A program made the position numbers and the translations under genes. A stretch of 64,000 bases of DNA from Candidatus Woesearchaeota archaeon. GTDB lineage: Archaea > Nanobdellota > Nanobdellia > Woesearchaeales > JABIAG01. Where the stretch lies: the NCBI GenBank assembly GCA_018653365.1, contig JABIAG010000001.1, positions 260,772 through 324,771 of the forward strand, in the 5' to 3' direction. Every line of letters begins with the position of its first letter. Positions within the stretch are counted from its first letter, which is position 1. The notes beneath the pieces are model-generated. The model saw nothing but the letters and a program-made list of their open reading frames with translations. It searched no databases and was not told where the DNA came from. This document shows, one piece after another, positions 19,848-30,244 of the stretch.

Positions 19848-19902
19848 AAATTTCCCCCTGTTTATAAGAAATTATAAACGTATTATAAATTTTTGTATTA
19901 TT

Positions 19903-20961
19903 TTAAGTTTTTTGTTCTTGACTTTTAAGTATTTTAACACTTTTTGGATAGTTCTCAACAAGCCAAACAAAAAACTTTGTTGGATCAATCTTTTCCTCAA
20001 TTAGTTGAGCTGTTCGCTTCATGAATTCCGTTCGAAAGTTATCTGATTTAATGATTTCTAATGCTTTCTCAATCACTTCATCTCCGTTAAGAATCTGAAA
20101 TAATAATCCGCGTTGTTTTAATTCATCACAAATTCCAGATTTATAACTATTAACTAAAATGTTGGGTGTGCCCATCATGGCACACTCACTAGTTGTAGTA
20201 ACTCCCTCACCAATATGTAAACAAGAAAATGCTAAAGCATCATGCAATCTATCAGGGGGTATGTCAAGTTCAAATTCTTTTAATTCATCATCAATTTCAC
20301 CTTCACTTGAAATGAAAACTTTGACTATTTTTGAGAGCGTATGAACCAACTTCTTTTTTTCCTCAAGAGAAAACCCTTTTAGAGTTAAGTCATGAAATGC
20401 ATTAAACGAAATAAACCGAATTATAACATATTTTTCTCCCGGCTTTACTTTAAGAAGGTCTAAAACGGATTCATCAGGTTTAAAATAATTAGGATGTAAA
20501 TAGCTAAGTTCTATGAATCCATTGAAATTAATTTGTTTTTTTCCTAAATCCTCAGAAAAACAAGAGGGAGTGCAGATTGTTTTAGTAAATGGTTTGTAAA
20601 GCATTTGACCTAGTTTAGCATTTTCAGTATCATTAAAAATTATTGAAGGTTTTCTTAAAAACCAGGCAGCCTGAGCAGCATACATGGATCCAAATCCTAA
20701 AAAAATATCTGGTTTGAACTTTTTAGCAATTTTAATCATTTTTAGATCAGCTTTTAATAAATAAAACATTTTACCAATCATCTTTTTAGAACCTGTACCT
20801 CGACTAACAAAAGGGAGTTGGAACTTTTTTATAAGTTCAAAAACAATCCCTCTGTTTCTGGCAACAATCAAACACTCATGCCCTTTTTCAGTCATTATTT
20901 TAATGAAGTATTTAAAATAATGAACGTGTGCAGGATGTCCGATATCAATTAATACTCTCAT
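19903..20961 (-). CDS. DUF354-family protein (predicted glycosyltransferase-like)
   Basis: MRVLIDIGHPAHVHYFKYFIK N-terminus is characteristic of DUF354. Confidence 0.6.
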   Translation of the reverse strand: MRVLIDIGHPAHVHYFKYFIKIMTEKGHECLIVARNRGIVFELIKKFQLPFVSRGTGSKKMIGKMFYLLKADLKMIKIAKKFKPDIFLGFGSMYAAQAAWFLRKPSIIFNDTENAKLGQMLYKPFTKTICTPSCFSEDLGKKQINFNGFIELSYLHPNYFKPDESVLDLLKVKPGEKYVIIRFISFNAFHDLTLKGFSLEEKKKLVHTLSKIVKVFISSEGEIDDELKEFELDIPPDRLHDALAFSCLHIGEGVTTTSECAMMGTPNILVNSYKSGICDELKQRGLLFQILNGDEVIEKALEIIKSDNFRTEFMKRTAQLIEEKIDPTKFFVWLVENYPKSVKILKSQEQKT

Positions 20962-22445
20962 TTTTTAAAAATTAAACGCACTCCATTTTTAACGTTTTTC
21001 TTAATCCCTGTTTCTTTGATCATATCGAAAATTCTTAATGAGAATAGCTTTTTAATTCTATTTCTGCGGTTTTTGTTATCGGTAATTTTTTCCATCTTTG
21101 AAACAAGTGTATTAAATTTTTCTTGATCTAAATTTAAACAAAAACAATGTTCGCGACTTTGATGGTTTTGAAGCGAGGGATTATAATCCTCTTTAATTAA
21201 ATTATGTTCTTTACAAAATTTAAATATTTCAGTTCCGGGATATGGACAAAAGGTACTTAATGTAACACTATCTGCTTTTATTTTCTTTATTGCTTTAAGA
21301 GTATCTTTTAGCGTTTCTTCTGTCTCATATGGAAAACCTACCATAAATAATGCACTCAACTCAATTCTATTACTTTTTATGATTTTACAAGCATTAAAAA
21401 TCTCTTCAATAGTAACATTTTTTCTCATTTTATCAAGAATAAAATTGTTGCCTGATTCAACACTTAGCAATATTTTATAACATCCTGCTTTTTTCATAAT
21501 TTTAATGGTTGCATCGTCAACAAGTTTTGCAGAAAATTCACAAACCCATTTTAAACCAGGAAAGTGTTCAAGTATAGCAAGACATAACTTTTTAATTTGA
21601 TCATTATTAATTCTAAACAGGTCATCACGAAAATTGATAAACTTGACCCCTAATTCTTGTAATAATTTTATTTCTTTGATGACATTTTCAACACTTCGAA
21701 TTCTAGGTTTTCTACCCCAAATTTCTCTTGCCCCACAATAAAAACAATTAAACGGACATCCTCTTGTAGAAAAAATAGACTTAAAAGCAGTTACTGGATA
21801 CTTATTATAATCTTTAAGAATTTCAGGAGCAAATTCATGAGGAAAGGGTAGGGAGTCTAGGTTTTCGATTAGAGGTCGACGAGGGGTTTCAATAATGTTG
21901 CCCTCTTTTTTAAAAATAATTCCTTCAACTTGTTCTAAATCTTTATTATCTTCAATGAACTTAAGCAGTTCAACAATTGTGCGTTCTCCCTCCCCAACAA
22001 CAATAACATCCACTTCATCATTTTTAAGAATGTCCTTGCCGGCAGTAGAAGGATGTGAACCCCCCAGTATAACTAATGTGTTGTTATTAATTTTTTTAAC
22101 AAGTTTAGCTACCTTTAATGCAGAAGCAAAATTGCTTGAATTTGTACTAATCCCAACTACGTCAGGTTTTAAATCTAGAATTGTTTGTTCAATCTCTTTC
22201 CAAACGTGCATTGAGGGATCTTCTAAATTCTTAATATAATTTTTAAATCCCTGACCTGCAAGAAAACCAAACTCTGTAAACTCGCTGTTCTCATTAAAAT
22301 CTGCATTATACGTTGTTACATTCCACGAGGTGTGTTGTTTTATAACTCCTGACAAATATCCTAACGCGAGAGGGTAGATGTCTAGAGAGTAAGAATTTTT
22401 AAAAAGTCTAAAATAAGGAGGTTCAATTAAAAGAATTTTATTTTT
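20958..22445 (-). CDS. B12-binding domain radical SAM protein
   Basis: N-terminal cobalamin-binding domain pattern and FSTRGCPFNCFYCGA (CxxxCxxC). Start taken at MKNKILLIEPP. Confidence 0.8.
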   Translation of the reverse strand, partial: KNKILLIEPPYFRLFKNSYSLDIYPLALGYLSGVIKQHTSWNVTTYNADFNENSEFTEFGFLAGQGFKNYIKNLEDPSMHVWKEIEQTILDLKPDVVGISTNSSNFASALKVAKLVKKINNNTLVILGGSHPSTAGKDILKNDEVDVIVVGEGERTIVELLKFIEDNKDLEQVEGIIFKKEGNIIETPRRPLIENLDSLPFPHEFAPEILKDYNKYPVTAFKSIFSTRGCPFNCFYCGAREIWGRKPRIRSVENVIKEIKLLQELGVKFINFRDDLFRINNDQIKKLCLAILEHFPGLKWVCEFSAKLVDDATIKIMKKAGCYKILLSVESGNNFILDKMRKNVTIEEIFNACKIIKSNRIELSALFMVGFPYETEETLKDTLKAIKKIKADSVTLSTFCPYPGTEIFKFCKEHNLIKEDYNPSLQNHQSREHCFCLNLDQEKFNTLVSKMEKITDNKNRRNRIKKLFSLRIFDMIKETGIKKNVKNGVRLIFKK

Positions 22446-23376
22446 CATTAAGCACATCCGTATAAACCTGGAATATCCTTTTTGCTATGTTTTCATTGCT
22501 GAGATGAAGAATGCTCTCTCTTTCATTATGATTTTTTCCAATTGTTAGTGCAAGTTTAACTTTTTCTTCTATTTCTTTTGCATCAAATGAGGTAAGATGA
22601 CAATTTTCATTATTACCAAACAATTCTTTAACATCTCCTATATCTGTAGAAACAATAGGCAAATTACAAGCTAGTGCTTCTTTAATTGCTAATGGTGACC
22701 CCTCTCGAAAAGAGGTCATTAAAAGAAGATCAGAAGCATTCATTAACAAATTGACCTGTTCTCGAGAATAACCTTTTAATTCTAGTAGTTCAACATCCTC
22801 AAACTTATCCATAACCTCTTTAGCAAGAGGATAGTTCTTAACAGGCCTACTAAATGAGGAAGAAAACAACACATATTTTTTCTTAAGGTCTAAACCCATC
22901 TGTTGTCTGGCATCTTCTTGATTAATTGGGAAAAAAGTTTTAATGTCAACACCACAAGGAATTATGCTAGATCTTCTTGGTTTAAGTAAAATCTTTTTAT
23001 GTAATTTTTTAGTTACAAAAATTCCATACTTTGAAAATAAACCAGCAAAACTCGAAAACAAATTAAGTTTAAAGAAATTAACATCAGAGCCATGGAATGT
23101 TACGACTACTGGACAAATGCGTTGAAGAACCGTTAACCATCCGGTAGTTCCGTGATGGGCATGAACTAAATCAAAATCATTATTCTTAATTGTTTTTCTA
23201 AGTCGTGATAAGTTTTTAAGATAACCTCTAAATTTCTTACCTTTGATCAAAAAAAGAGTTGTTTCAACACCTAAACTTTTTAATTCCTCAACTTGTTCAA
23301 AAATAAAAGGCCTATCCCGTCTCAAATCAAAGTCTTCTGTGTTTACATTTCCACTAAGAACATATAAGACCTTCAT
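22438..23376 (-). CDS. glycosyltransferase family 4
   Basis: GT-B fold. The EX7E-type C-terminal motif region (SFREGSPLAIKEALAC) is present. Confidence 0.75.
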   Translation of the reverse strand: MKVLYVLSGNVNTEDFDLRRDRPFIFEQVEELKSLGVETTLFLIKGKKFRGYLKNLSRLRKTIKNNDFDLVHAHHGTTGWLTVLQRICPVVVTFHGSDVNFFKLNLFSSFAGLFSKYGIFVTKKLHKKILLKPRRSSIIPCGVDIKTFFPINQEDARQQMGLDLKKKYVLFSSSFSRPVKNYPLAKEVMDKFEDVELLELKGYSREQVNLLMNASDLLLMTSFREGSPLAIKEALACNLPIVSTDIGDVKELFGNNENCHLTSFDAKEIEEKVKLALTIGKNHNERESILHLSNENIAKRIFQVYTDVLNEK

Positions 23377-23429
23377 ACTAAAACTTATTGTCTTCTTCTT
23401 TTAAAGATTTTGCAAATTAAGAGTTAAGA

Positions 23430-24689
23430 CTAAAACGAGGTAGTTTTTAAATTGCTCTTGGCAACAATACGAATTAACTTACAAAAAGCTCCCAGATAAA
23501 AGAACATAAACGTCCCATAACTAATAGAGTTGAGACTGCCTGAAATAGTAAATAGCGCAAATGAGATTAGTAAAAGGATGATATATTTCCTAAAGAAGAT
23601 AAAGTCTGGCAAACGCTTTATCTGACTTGGTGATTTTTTAATGTAAAAGATTATCTTCAAAAAGACATTTAAAAACAAAACAAGCCCAATAATTCCACTG
23701 CCATGCAATATAATGTTAAAATCCATATGAAGTTGCCGATATAATCCATAACGTGCAATGAAGTATTCTGCAGAATTAAAAAGTTCTTTTCCCACTAAAA
23801 ACTGTTTAGGTGAACTAAATAATTCTTTGAGTACTATTCCTGTTTCCCAATATCTTCCTTCCTCTTGAAGCCCTCTTGAAAAAAGTCGATCATTTATGGT
23901 GTCTGAGAACCAGGCACTGGAAATTAAAACTATTGGAATTAAAACGATAAAAAAGAGTGCTAAATATCTAAACTTCTTTGGTTGTTTACTAGAAGAAAAT
24001 ACGTGAAATATTATGGCAAAAACTGCAACTAAAATCGATATTCTTCTAAAGATTAAAAATATTAATGCGAGAGCAGAGAATAATAATGTGCTTAATAGAA
24101 TTTTATCTTTTTTTCTGCTTATGAATTTGAAAAGTAATGGGAAAAGCGCAATTCCTAGGGCTGCAAGATACGTTATCTGAATGTTTGTACCCCCTAAACG
24201 AATACCTGTTGCAACATAAGGATTACTCTGACCTCCAAATGTAACTTGAGCAAAAATAAATTGTGCGATTATGATTAATAAAGAAGCAATAAGAGCCCAG
24301 TTTAGCTTTTTTAGGTCAGAAAATTGTTTTACGACAAAGAATCCGACCGGAAACATCATGAAGTTAATGAATACTTTTGAAAAATAAATAAACGAACCCG
24401 ACATGTTGGAAGAAAAAAAAGTTAGTAGAAACGTATAACCTAAAAAGATAGCAATCGCGTTTGAGACGGGCTCAAATTCAAATTTACGTAAGTATATGAA
24501 CAGGAACAGAATTAAAAATGCACCTCGAATATATCCTGTACTGAACGAATCAGTTTTTGAATAAAACATGATTACCTCAATAAGAATGTTTGCTGGAAGA
24601 ATACCATAGATTGCATTCATGCCCCATTTTTTAAGGGCCCATACAAAAAGAATGAATAATACAATCACACTTCCAATAATAATTATCAT
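23430..24689 (-). CDS. O-antigen polymerase/ligase-like polytopic membrane protein
   Basis: About 11 predicted TM helices with a larger loop near the C-terminus, sitting in a glycan cluster. Confidence 0.45.
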   Translation of the reverse strand: MIIIIGSVIVLFILFVWALKKWGMNAIYGILPANILIEVIMFYSKTDSFSTGYIRGAFLILFLFIYLRKFEFEPVSNAIAIFLGYTFLLTFFSSNMSGSFIYFSKVFINFMMFPVGFFVVKQFSDLKKLNWALIASLLIIIAQFIFAQVTFGGQSNPYVATGIRLGGTNIQITYLAALGIALFPLLFKFISRKKDKILLSTLLFSALALIFLIFRRISILVAVFAIIFHVFSSSKQPKKFRYLALFFIVLIPIVLISSAWFSDTINDRLFSRGLQEEGRYWETGIVLKELFSSPKQFLVGKELFNSAEYFIARYGLYRQLHMDFNIILHGSGIIGLVLFLNVFLKIIFYIKKSPSQIKRLPDFIFFRKYIILLLISFALFTISGSLNSISYGTFMFFYLGAFCKLIRIVAKSNLKTTSF

Positions 24690-24731
24690 AATTTGAATAG
24701 TATAAAACTATTATATAAAATATGTGTTTTT

Positions 24732-25136
24732 TTAACCCCACATTACATTAAAGACGTAAGATGCAAGGGTAAGAGAAAATAAATTGTTTATAACATTCCA
24801 AACAGTAATTGAAACTGGAAGAACGTAAATGAATTGAAACAAGATAATTGGTAGAGAGATCACAATTGCCAATAAAAGACCAATTGCAGCACCACTATTC
24901 TGAAGCTTTCGGTTTAATTCATAGATAAGAAATGTAAGAAATGCTAATATGAAAATGTAAAAAATTGGTGTTGATGAAGAAACTGAAAGAAATTCAATAG
25001 AATCAAACGCATTTTTCAATAATAACAAGTTTACGATGATCCCTGAGCCTAAAAGAATCAAAAAGGGAGTTAGTATTGCTGCTCCTCTCTTAACTAAACG
25101 TGAGGGTTTAAGCCCTATTTTCTTAAGTAAGGTCAT
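24732..25136 (-). CDS. small integral membrane protein, hypothetical
   Basis: 134-aa protein with about 4 TM helices. Confidence 0.4.
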   Translation of the reverse strand: MTLLKKIGLKPSRLVKRGAAILTPFLILLGSGIIVNLLLLKNAFDSIEFLSVSSSTPIFYIFILAFLTFLIYELNRKLQNSGAAIGLLLAIVISLPIILFQFIYVLPVSITVWNVINNLFSLTLASYVFNVMWG

Positions 25137-25302
25137 AACATAACTAATAGAATAATGGGTATTTATATGTTTCTATTGGAATAAGTATATCCGAAACATA
25201 TTTAAATGCAAAGCAATTCTCTAATATATATAACAAAAACCGTAAAGTTGGATTTTTGAGAGTATAAAAAAAGAGGTAGACCTTGTCCGGGGGGATACAA
25301 AG

Positions 25303-25584
25303 ATGAAAAACCAAAAAATATTCAATGTGTTATTTAGAGAAAAACCTGCTATGATGTTAGTAGAATTAATGAATGCAAAAACAGAAGTTTACGCATCTTC
25401 TTTAGCAAAAAGAATTGACTGTACATATTCTCATGTTGTAAAAGTTTTACAAGAAATGGAAAAAGCAGGATTGATTAATTTTGACAAACAAGGAAGACTA
25501 AAATTGTTAACACTTACTAAATCTGGTTCTGATGTAGCTGAACATATAGAACGAATAAGAAGTATGTTAACATCTTCTAAATAA
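25303..25584 (+). CDS. winged-helix transcriptional regulator (MarR/ArsR-like)
   Basis: 93-aa wHTH pattern (SSLAKRIDCTYSHVVKVLQEMEKAGLI). Confidence 0.5.
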   Translation: MKNQKIFNVLFREKPAMMLVELMNAKTEVYASSLAKRIDCTYSHVVKVLQEMEKAGLINFDKQGRLKLLTLTKSGSDVAEHIERIRSMLTSSK

Positions 25585-26953
25585 TTTTTTTTAATATTTT
25601 TTTAGCTTTATTTATGAATTCTTGTTCTTTATCTGTTGGAATGATTGCGCCTGCAGCAAACTTATGGCCTCCGGCTTCACCTCCAATTTCTTTAGTAATG
25701 GTTTGCAATATCTCTCTTAAATTAATTTTGTCATCATTAGAAGAAACTCTGAGAGAAACTTTAGTTTTATCTTCTTGTCTTGCTAAACCTAAAATGAAAA
25801 TTTCTTTCTTAACAAGTTGAGATTTTGAAATTATTGATGACATAGTTCCAATCATAGTAGACGGAACTTTATTTTGACCATTGATTATGACGTAATTGTT
25901 TTCTTCTAATATCTTTTTCCCCCGTTCTTCTCTAAACCAGTTCATAAATTGAACAATTTCACTTTTGTACTCTGCTAATGCTTTTAGGGCATGTCTTTTA
26001 GCATTAGGTTCATCAAGTAATGCACCAATGCCCAGGGTTGGACGTTGTAACCTACCGCACCCGTTTAAGATTGTTGAAAATTCTTTCAAATCATGAAATG
26101 GAGAATCATGTTTCTCATCCATTAAAAGATACCTATTGCCCAGAATGTCTTCAGGATTAGGTTCATTTTTTCTTTTAAGAATTAAATTCGTGATAAGTGT
26201 ACTTATTTCTTCACCAGTAAGATCATTAAACTTTCGCCACTTGCTTCCGTTCTTTGGATCAATACCAATCTCTTGAAGGAATTGAATTGCTCCTGATTTC
26301 GAACCCGAAATTCCTGGCAGGTTAATATCTGAACTATACTCTAAAAGTTTGTATAAAGGTCTGGTTTGTAAACCAAATATCTTTAGGCCTTTTTGCGTTC
26401 TAATCTTTTTTGAATTTAATGCATCTTGAAGTATTTCCTGGTTTAATGAAGAAAAACCACTAACCTCTTGAACATCACCAATAGCACCAATAATCGCAAC
26501 ATAAGCAAACTCTTTAATACCTTCATGAATTGCTCTACAAAATAAGTAAACCACGCCACTACCGGAAATATCCTGACTTCCATTAATATTAAAATTGTGG
26601 GGATTGATGTGTGTAAGATGTGGGTCGGGTTGAACTTTTTCTGGAGAGTGATGATCAAGAATTAAAACTTGTTTATCTTTCATTAAATGATTAATCAAAC
26701 TAATTTGGCCTGAACCAATATCAGCAAAAACAAAAAAATCATCTTTTTCTTTTGAGAGTTCGATAAGTTTGTTTTCATCTAATTGAGGTACGATAGAAAG
26801 AGTGTGTTGAATTCCTTTTAATTGACAGAGTTTAACAAGTAACGCTGCTGCCGAAATACCATCAGAATCAAGATGAGAAACTATCCTGATACTTTCGGGA
26901 TTGAATTTGCTAGCTTTCTCTTTAATAAACTCTTTAAATGCTTGAATAGTCAA
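25577..26953 (-). CDS. DHH-family phosphoesterase, archaeal RecJ/GAN-like nuclease
   Basis: HLDSDGISAA (motif I), FADIGSG and LDHH motifs, and GGH near the C-terminus (DHHA1). Confidence 0.75.
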   Translation of the reverse strand: MTIQAFKEFIKEKASKFNPESIRIVSHLDSDGISAAALLVKLCQLKGIQHTLSIVPQLDENKLIELSKEKDDFFVFADIGSGQISLINHLMKDKQVLILDHHSPEKVQPDPHLTHINPHNFNINGSQDISGSGVVYLFCRAIHEGIKEFAYVAIIGAIGDVQEVSGFSSLNQEILQDALNSKKIRTQKGLKIFGLQTRPLYKLLEYSSDINLPGISGSKSGAIQFLQEIGIDPKNGSKWRKFNDLTGEEISTLITNLILKRKNEPNPEDILGNRYLLMDEKHDSPFHDLKEFSTILNGCGRLQRPTLGIGALLDEPNAKRHALKALAEYKSEIVQFMNWFREERGKKILEENNYVIINGQNKVPSTMIGTMSSIISKSQLVKKEIFILGLARQEDKTKVSLRVSSNDDKINLREILQTITKEIGGEAGGHKFAAGAIIPTDKEQEFINKAKKILKKII

Positions 26954-26967
26954 TATGAAAAAATGGT

Positions 26968-27423
26968 TTATTCAACCATTAAAGCAATCCTTTTCGGATC
27001 GTAGTTCCAATCAACAGGAAGTCTACCATTGTTTTTGTAGTACTTTACTAGTCTTTTGGTTTTGGATTGAGTTAAAATTAGTCCTCTTTTAGCACCCTCA
27101 TCTTTATGATTTTTTTCTAAATGCTTTTTAAGAAAAACTTCTTTTTTTAATAATGCCATAACATCTTCTGGAACTTCAGGTTGAAGATCTTTTTCTTTTA
27201 AAACTTGAGTAATTCTCTTTTTGATTACTGTTTTAACATCGGGAATTCCATACTGATCTCTTAAATGAAGACCAATTGCAGAAGCAGTTTCACCAGTTTT
27301 AGCGAGTTTAGTAATGATTAGTTCTATTTCTTTAGCTTTATAGGTCATCCAGGGACCGATCTTTTTGTCTATTGGTTTGTATGATTTAGCTTTTCCATGT
27401 TTTCTTGAATGCATTCTTGCCAT
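26968..27423 (-). CDS. rps15: 30S ribosomal protein S15 (uS15, S13e type)
   Basis: Begins MARMHSRKHGKAKS at the internal Met, which is preceded by a GAGGT SD. The ORF-track N-terminal extension was rejected. Confidence 0.85.
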   Translation of the reverse strand: MARMHSRKHGKAKSYKPIDKKIGPWMTYKAKEIELIITKLAKTGETASAIGLHLRDQYGIPDVKTVIKKRITQVLKEKDLQPEVPEDVMALLKKEVFLKKHLEKNHKDEGAKRGLILTQSKTKRLVKYYKNNGRLPVDWNYDPKRIALMVE

Positions 27424-27525
27424 TTTATATACCTCAAGGAGAAATCTTTGTCTCTCCAGTGTATTCGAGCTTACACCTGAATACCTATTGAATAACATAA
27501 AGTATTAATTAATGATTTATAAAGC

Positions 27526-28860
27526 TTATTCTTTAGTTTGTGTTGATTCATTCATAGCAAAATTTGTTGAAAAAAGAATTGCTTGATCTTCAGTAGGGAA
27601 CATTTGAGAACCACTTGTGTATTTTTCATCAAGGATTTCTATGGCTCTTCTATAAAAACCTTTTATGGTATCTGCATTTTCAGCAAGAATCCAGGTGTTA
27701 TTTACTGGATTGATAACTCCTTCTTGTTTCTTTTTCCAAATTTTCCAACGTGAAGGTTTCCTACTTTGAGGTTGCCATTCAGTACTAAGGGCATTAGCTA
27801 ATTTGCTTTTTGCTGCTTGCATGGCTTTAGCACTAGCAAGAACTGGATCGTTAGCTTCTGTTTCTGATATGTAAGCAGTTAGGTCTCCATCATAACCTTG
27901 ATCAAGTCTATCTTTTGCTCTTTGAGCAACTCCCTCTCTTGCACGTCTATGGGAATTTACTCCTCTATCAGAAAGACCTGTAAAACCAAAATAGTTGTCT
28001 GCAGGTTTTTCTTCAATCGCAAGTTCGTAATCAGTTAAAGTTTGAAGATTATTAACGAAAGCATCACCTGTGTTGTTTGCTAAAGCATCAAGTGCAGGTT
28101 CAGCACTCATATCATGATCTTGAAGTGCAGTAACTATGTTATCTCTTAACCCTTGGATTGCGGTTTGAAGTCGTCTAGCTCCCCCCTCTCCTAAACTTCC
28201 AATATGAAGTTCATTTAAAGGACAAATATAACGATCATCTTCTTTTCTCCAGGTAGTATAATCTGTTGGAATAATTGGTTGAGGAACTTTTGCATCAGGA
28301 TCAATACTTACTGCGGGCATAAATCTTTCTATTAGTGTTGGATCTTGTTGAGTGTATCTTCCAAGCTCATCAAGTAAGTGAGCAGCTTGAGGAAAAGCAG
28401 CATTAGGTGAAGATGTAACGTTTTCTAACCAATCATGTAAGTCAGAAAGATGCCAGGGCTGACGAGCTTGCATTCTTGCATTACCACAAAGAGTTGCATA
28501 ATCTTGAGCTCTTCGTTCAGCACCAGTTCTAGAAAAACCACCAAATTGAGCTTCATCATCATCATCACAAAAAGGATCATTAAACATACCATTATCATAA
28601 GTAGTCCAGTTAGCAACATCAGAAGCATTTACAAGGCCAGTAATTGCATCTTCAATCAAATCAGCTCTTGCAATACGATCTGTTGCTTCATATTCTTGTC
28701 TAACAATTGCTTCTTTAGAATCTTGTCCATGAAAAATTTCTTTTATTAAATCAACGGTGTGAGGAATTGCTGTTGTTAGACCCATACCTATTGCAAGTGC
28801 AACGGCTCTTTTACGAACTCTTGGGTTTTCTGTTGGAGATCCTCTTGGTTCTGGTGTCAT
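27526..28860 (-). CDS. hypothetical protein (Lys-poor, Ala/Asp/Gln-rich)
   Basis: 444-aa ORF with no motif I recognise. Co-directional with, and 43 nt downstream of, the radical SAM gene. Confidence 0.5.
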   Translation of the reverse strand: MTPEPRGSPTENPRVRKRAVALAIGMGLTTAIPHTVDLIKEIFHGQDSKEAIVRQEYEATDRIARADLIEDAITGLVNASDVANWTTYDNGMFNDPFCDDDDEAQFGGFSRTGAERRAQDYATLCGNARMQARQPWHLSDLHDWLENVTSSPNAAFPQAAHLLDELGRYTQQDPTLIERFMPAVSIDPDAKVPQPIIPTDYTTWRKEDDRYICPLNELHIGSLGEGGARRLQTAIQGLRDNIVTALQDHDMSAEPALDALANNTGDAFVNNLQTLTDYELAIEEKPADNYFGFTGLSDRGVNSHRRAREGVAQRAKDRLDQGYDGDLTAYISETEANDPVLASAKAMQAAKSKLANALSTEWQPQSRKPSRWKIWKKKQEGVINPVNNTWILAENADTIKGFYRRAIEILDEKYTSGSQMFPTEDQAILFSTNFAMNESTQTKE

Positions 28861-28903
28861 TGACTGGTGGTAAAATAAATGAGCTTATAAAGGTTTTGGG
28901 TAG

Positions 28904-30244
28904 TTATGCTTGGGTGTTTTGAGGTGGGTTGTATGTTGCTAATTCTTCATTAAACTCAACATAACGTGGGTGCCAGTTCTCCGGCCACATTTGTTTAGCA
29001 ATTTGTTCACTAAGTAAACATAATGTTGAACGAACACTTCCTGCACGCTTTTGTTTTTCTAACAAAGCAAGATAATTCTGGTAATCTGGAAATTGAGTCA
29101 TTCTTTCTCTAATTGCATGAATGTTGTTTGCATAACCAATTCCCTCTATGCCTTCTTCAGAAACAAAATAACGATTAAGGGATGCTCTTATCTCTTGACT
29201 TTCGGGATCATCAAATTCAGTGTTATAAGGCACAACGTTTCCTATTGAATTAGTGTTGGGATAAACTTGAGAAATAGACATTCGCCTTTCCAAATTAGGA
29301 TCTAATCTAAACACTCGGTCTAGAGCTTCAACAATTGTATAGAGCCAGGGAATTCCAGTATGTTCTCCTTGTGCTAAACCGGCTCTTTCAAGAAGTGGGT
29401 CTGCTCTTAAGTGTTCATGCAAATATCCTTGTAAGGTGTATTGTTTTCTGTTTAAAGGTAAGACTGTAAAGTTAGTTCCTAACGGACTAAACCAAGTAAT
29501 CGTATCAACAAATTGCTGAATGGATTGTTCTTCTGTTAAACCGGGCATGCCAATAATTACATCTGGAGATGCTTTAACATCATATCTACGCATTAGCTCA
29601 ACAGATTTAACAATTTGTTCTCTAGTCAAATCTTTGTTTAACCAATGATTCAAAACAAATTCATCTGAAGTTTCTGCTCCAAATTCAAGAGTAAATTTGG
29701 TATCACCAAAACACCTTCTTAAAAGTCGAAGTCGATCTTCTGTAACATCTGTTGCTCTTACCTCAAATACATAACCTAATTTTGGGGGTTTAGATAATAT
29801 TGGAGTTTCAAATAATTCTAAAAATGTTTCTTCTGGAGTTTCTGTTGGACAAAACATATTGTAATTTGAAATTAATTCTTTTGGTCTCAGTGGATCTGGT
29901 TGTTCGCCTCTTGCGTTTGTAAAACTTCTTTTCATCACTTTTCCATACAAGTCAACATCTCTTTCTCTTAAAACCATCATTGCCGCTGCACCTGCTGTGA
30001 ATTCAGAATGATAGTCACATATACTACACCCTGCAAATTCACCTTCATTATTTCTGTGAACACAACCCAGAGAAGGTAAAAGACTTAGACTGCCGTGCTC
30101 ATATTGATATCCGCCCATGAGACAGGTTTCAGTTGCTTCTGCAACTAACTCTTCAGTGGAAAGTGCAGTTAATCTATCCTGATTTTGTTTGGAATTTGCT
30201 GAAACTGGTTCCCATATTTTTTTAATTACATCTTCTATAAACAT
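28904..30244 (-). CDS. radical SAM protein, YhcC/TIGR01212-like (Elp3-related) with CX11CX2C cluster motif
   Basis: GCVHRNNEGEFAGCSIC has the spacing C-x11-C-x2-C. DVIIGMPGLTEEQ matches the radical-SAM hhGhPGET motif. C-terminal ~130 aa has no recognisable domain. Confidence 0.55.
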   Translation of the reverse strand: MFIEDVIKKIWEPVSANSKQNQDRLTALSTEELVAEATETCLMGGYQYEHGSLSLLPSLGCVHRNNEGEFAGCSICDYHSEFTAGAAAMMVLRERDVDLYGKVMKRSFTNARGEQPDPLRPKELISNYNMFCPTETPEETFLELFETPILSKPPKLGYVFEVRATDVTEDRLRLLRRCFGDTKFTLEFGAETSDEFVLNHWLNKDLTREQIVKSVELMRRYDVKASPDVIIGMPGLTEEQSIQQFVDTITWFSPLGTNFTVLPLNRKQYTLQGYLHEHLRADPLLERAGLAQGEHTGIPWLYTIVEALDRVFRLDPNLERRMSISQVYPNTNSIGNVVPYNTEFDDPESQEIRASLNRYFVSEEGIEGIGYANNIHAIRERMTQFPDYQNYLALLEKQKRAGSVRSTLCLLSEQIAKQMWPENWHPRYVEFNEELATYNPPQNTQA

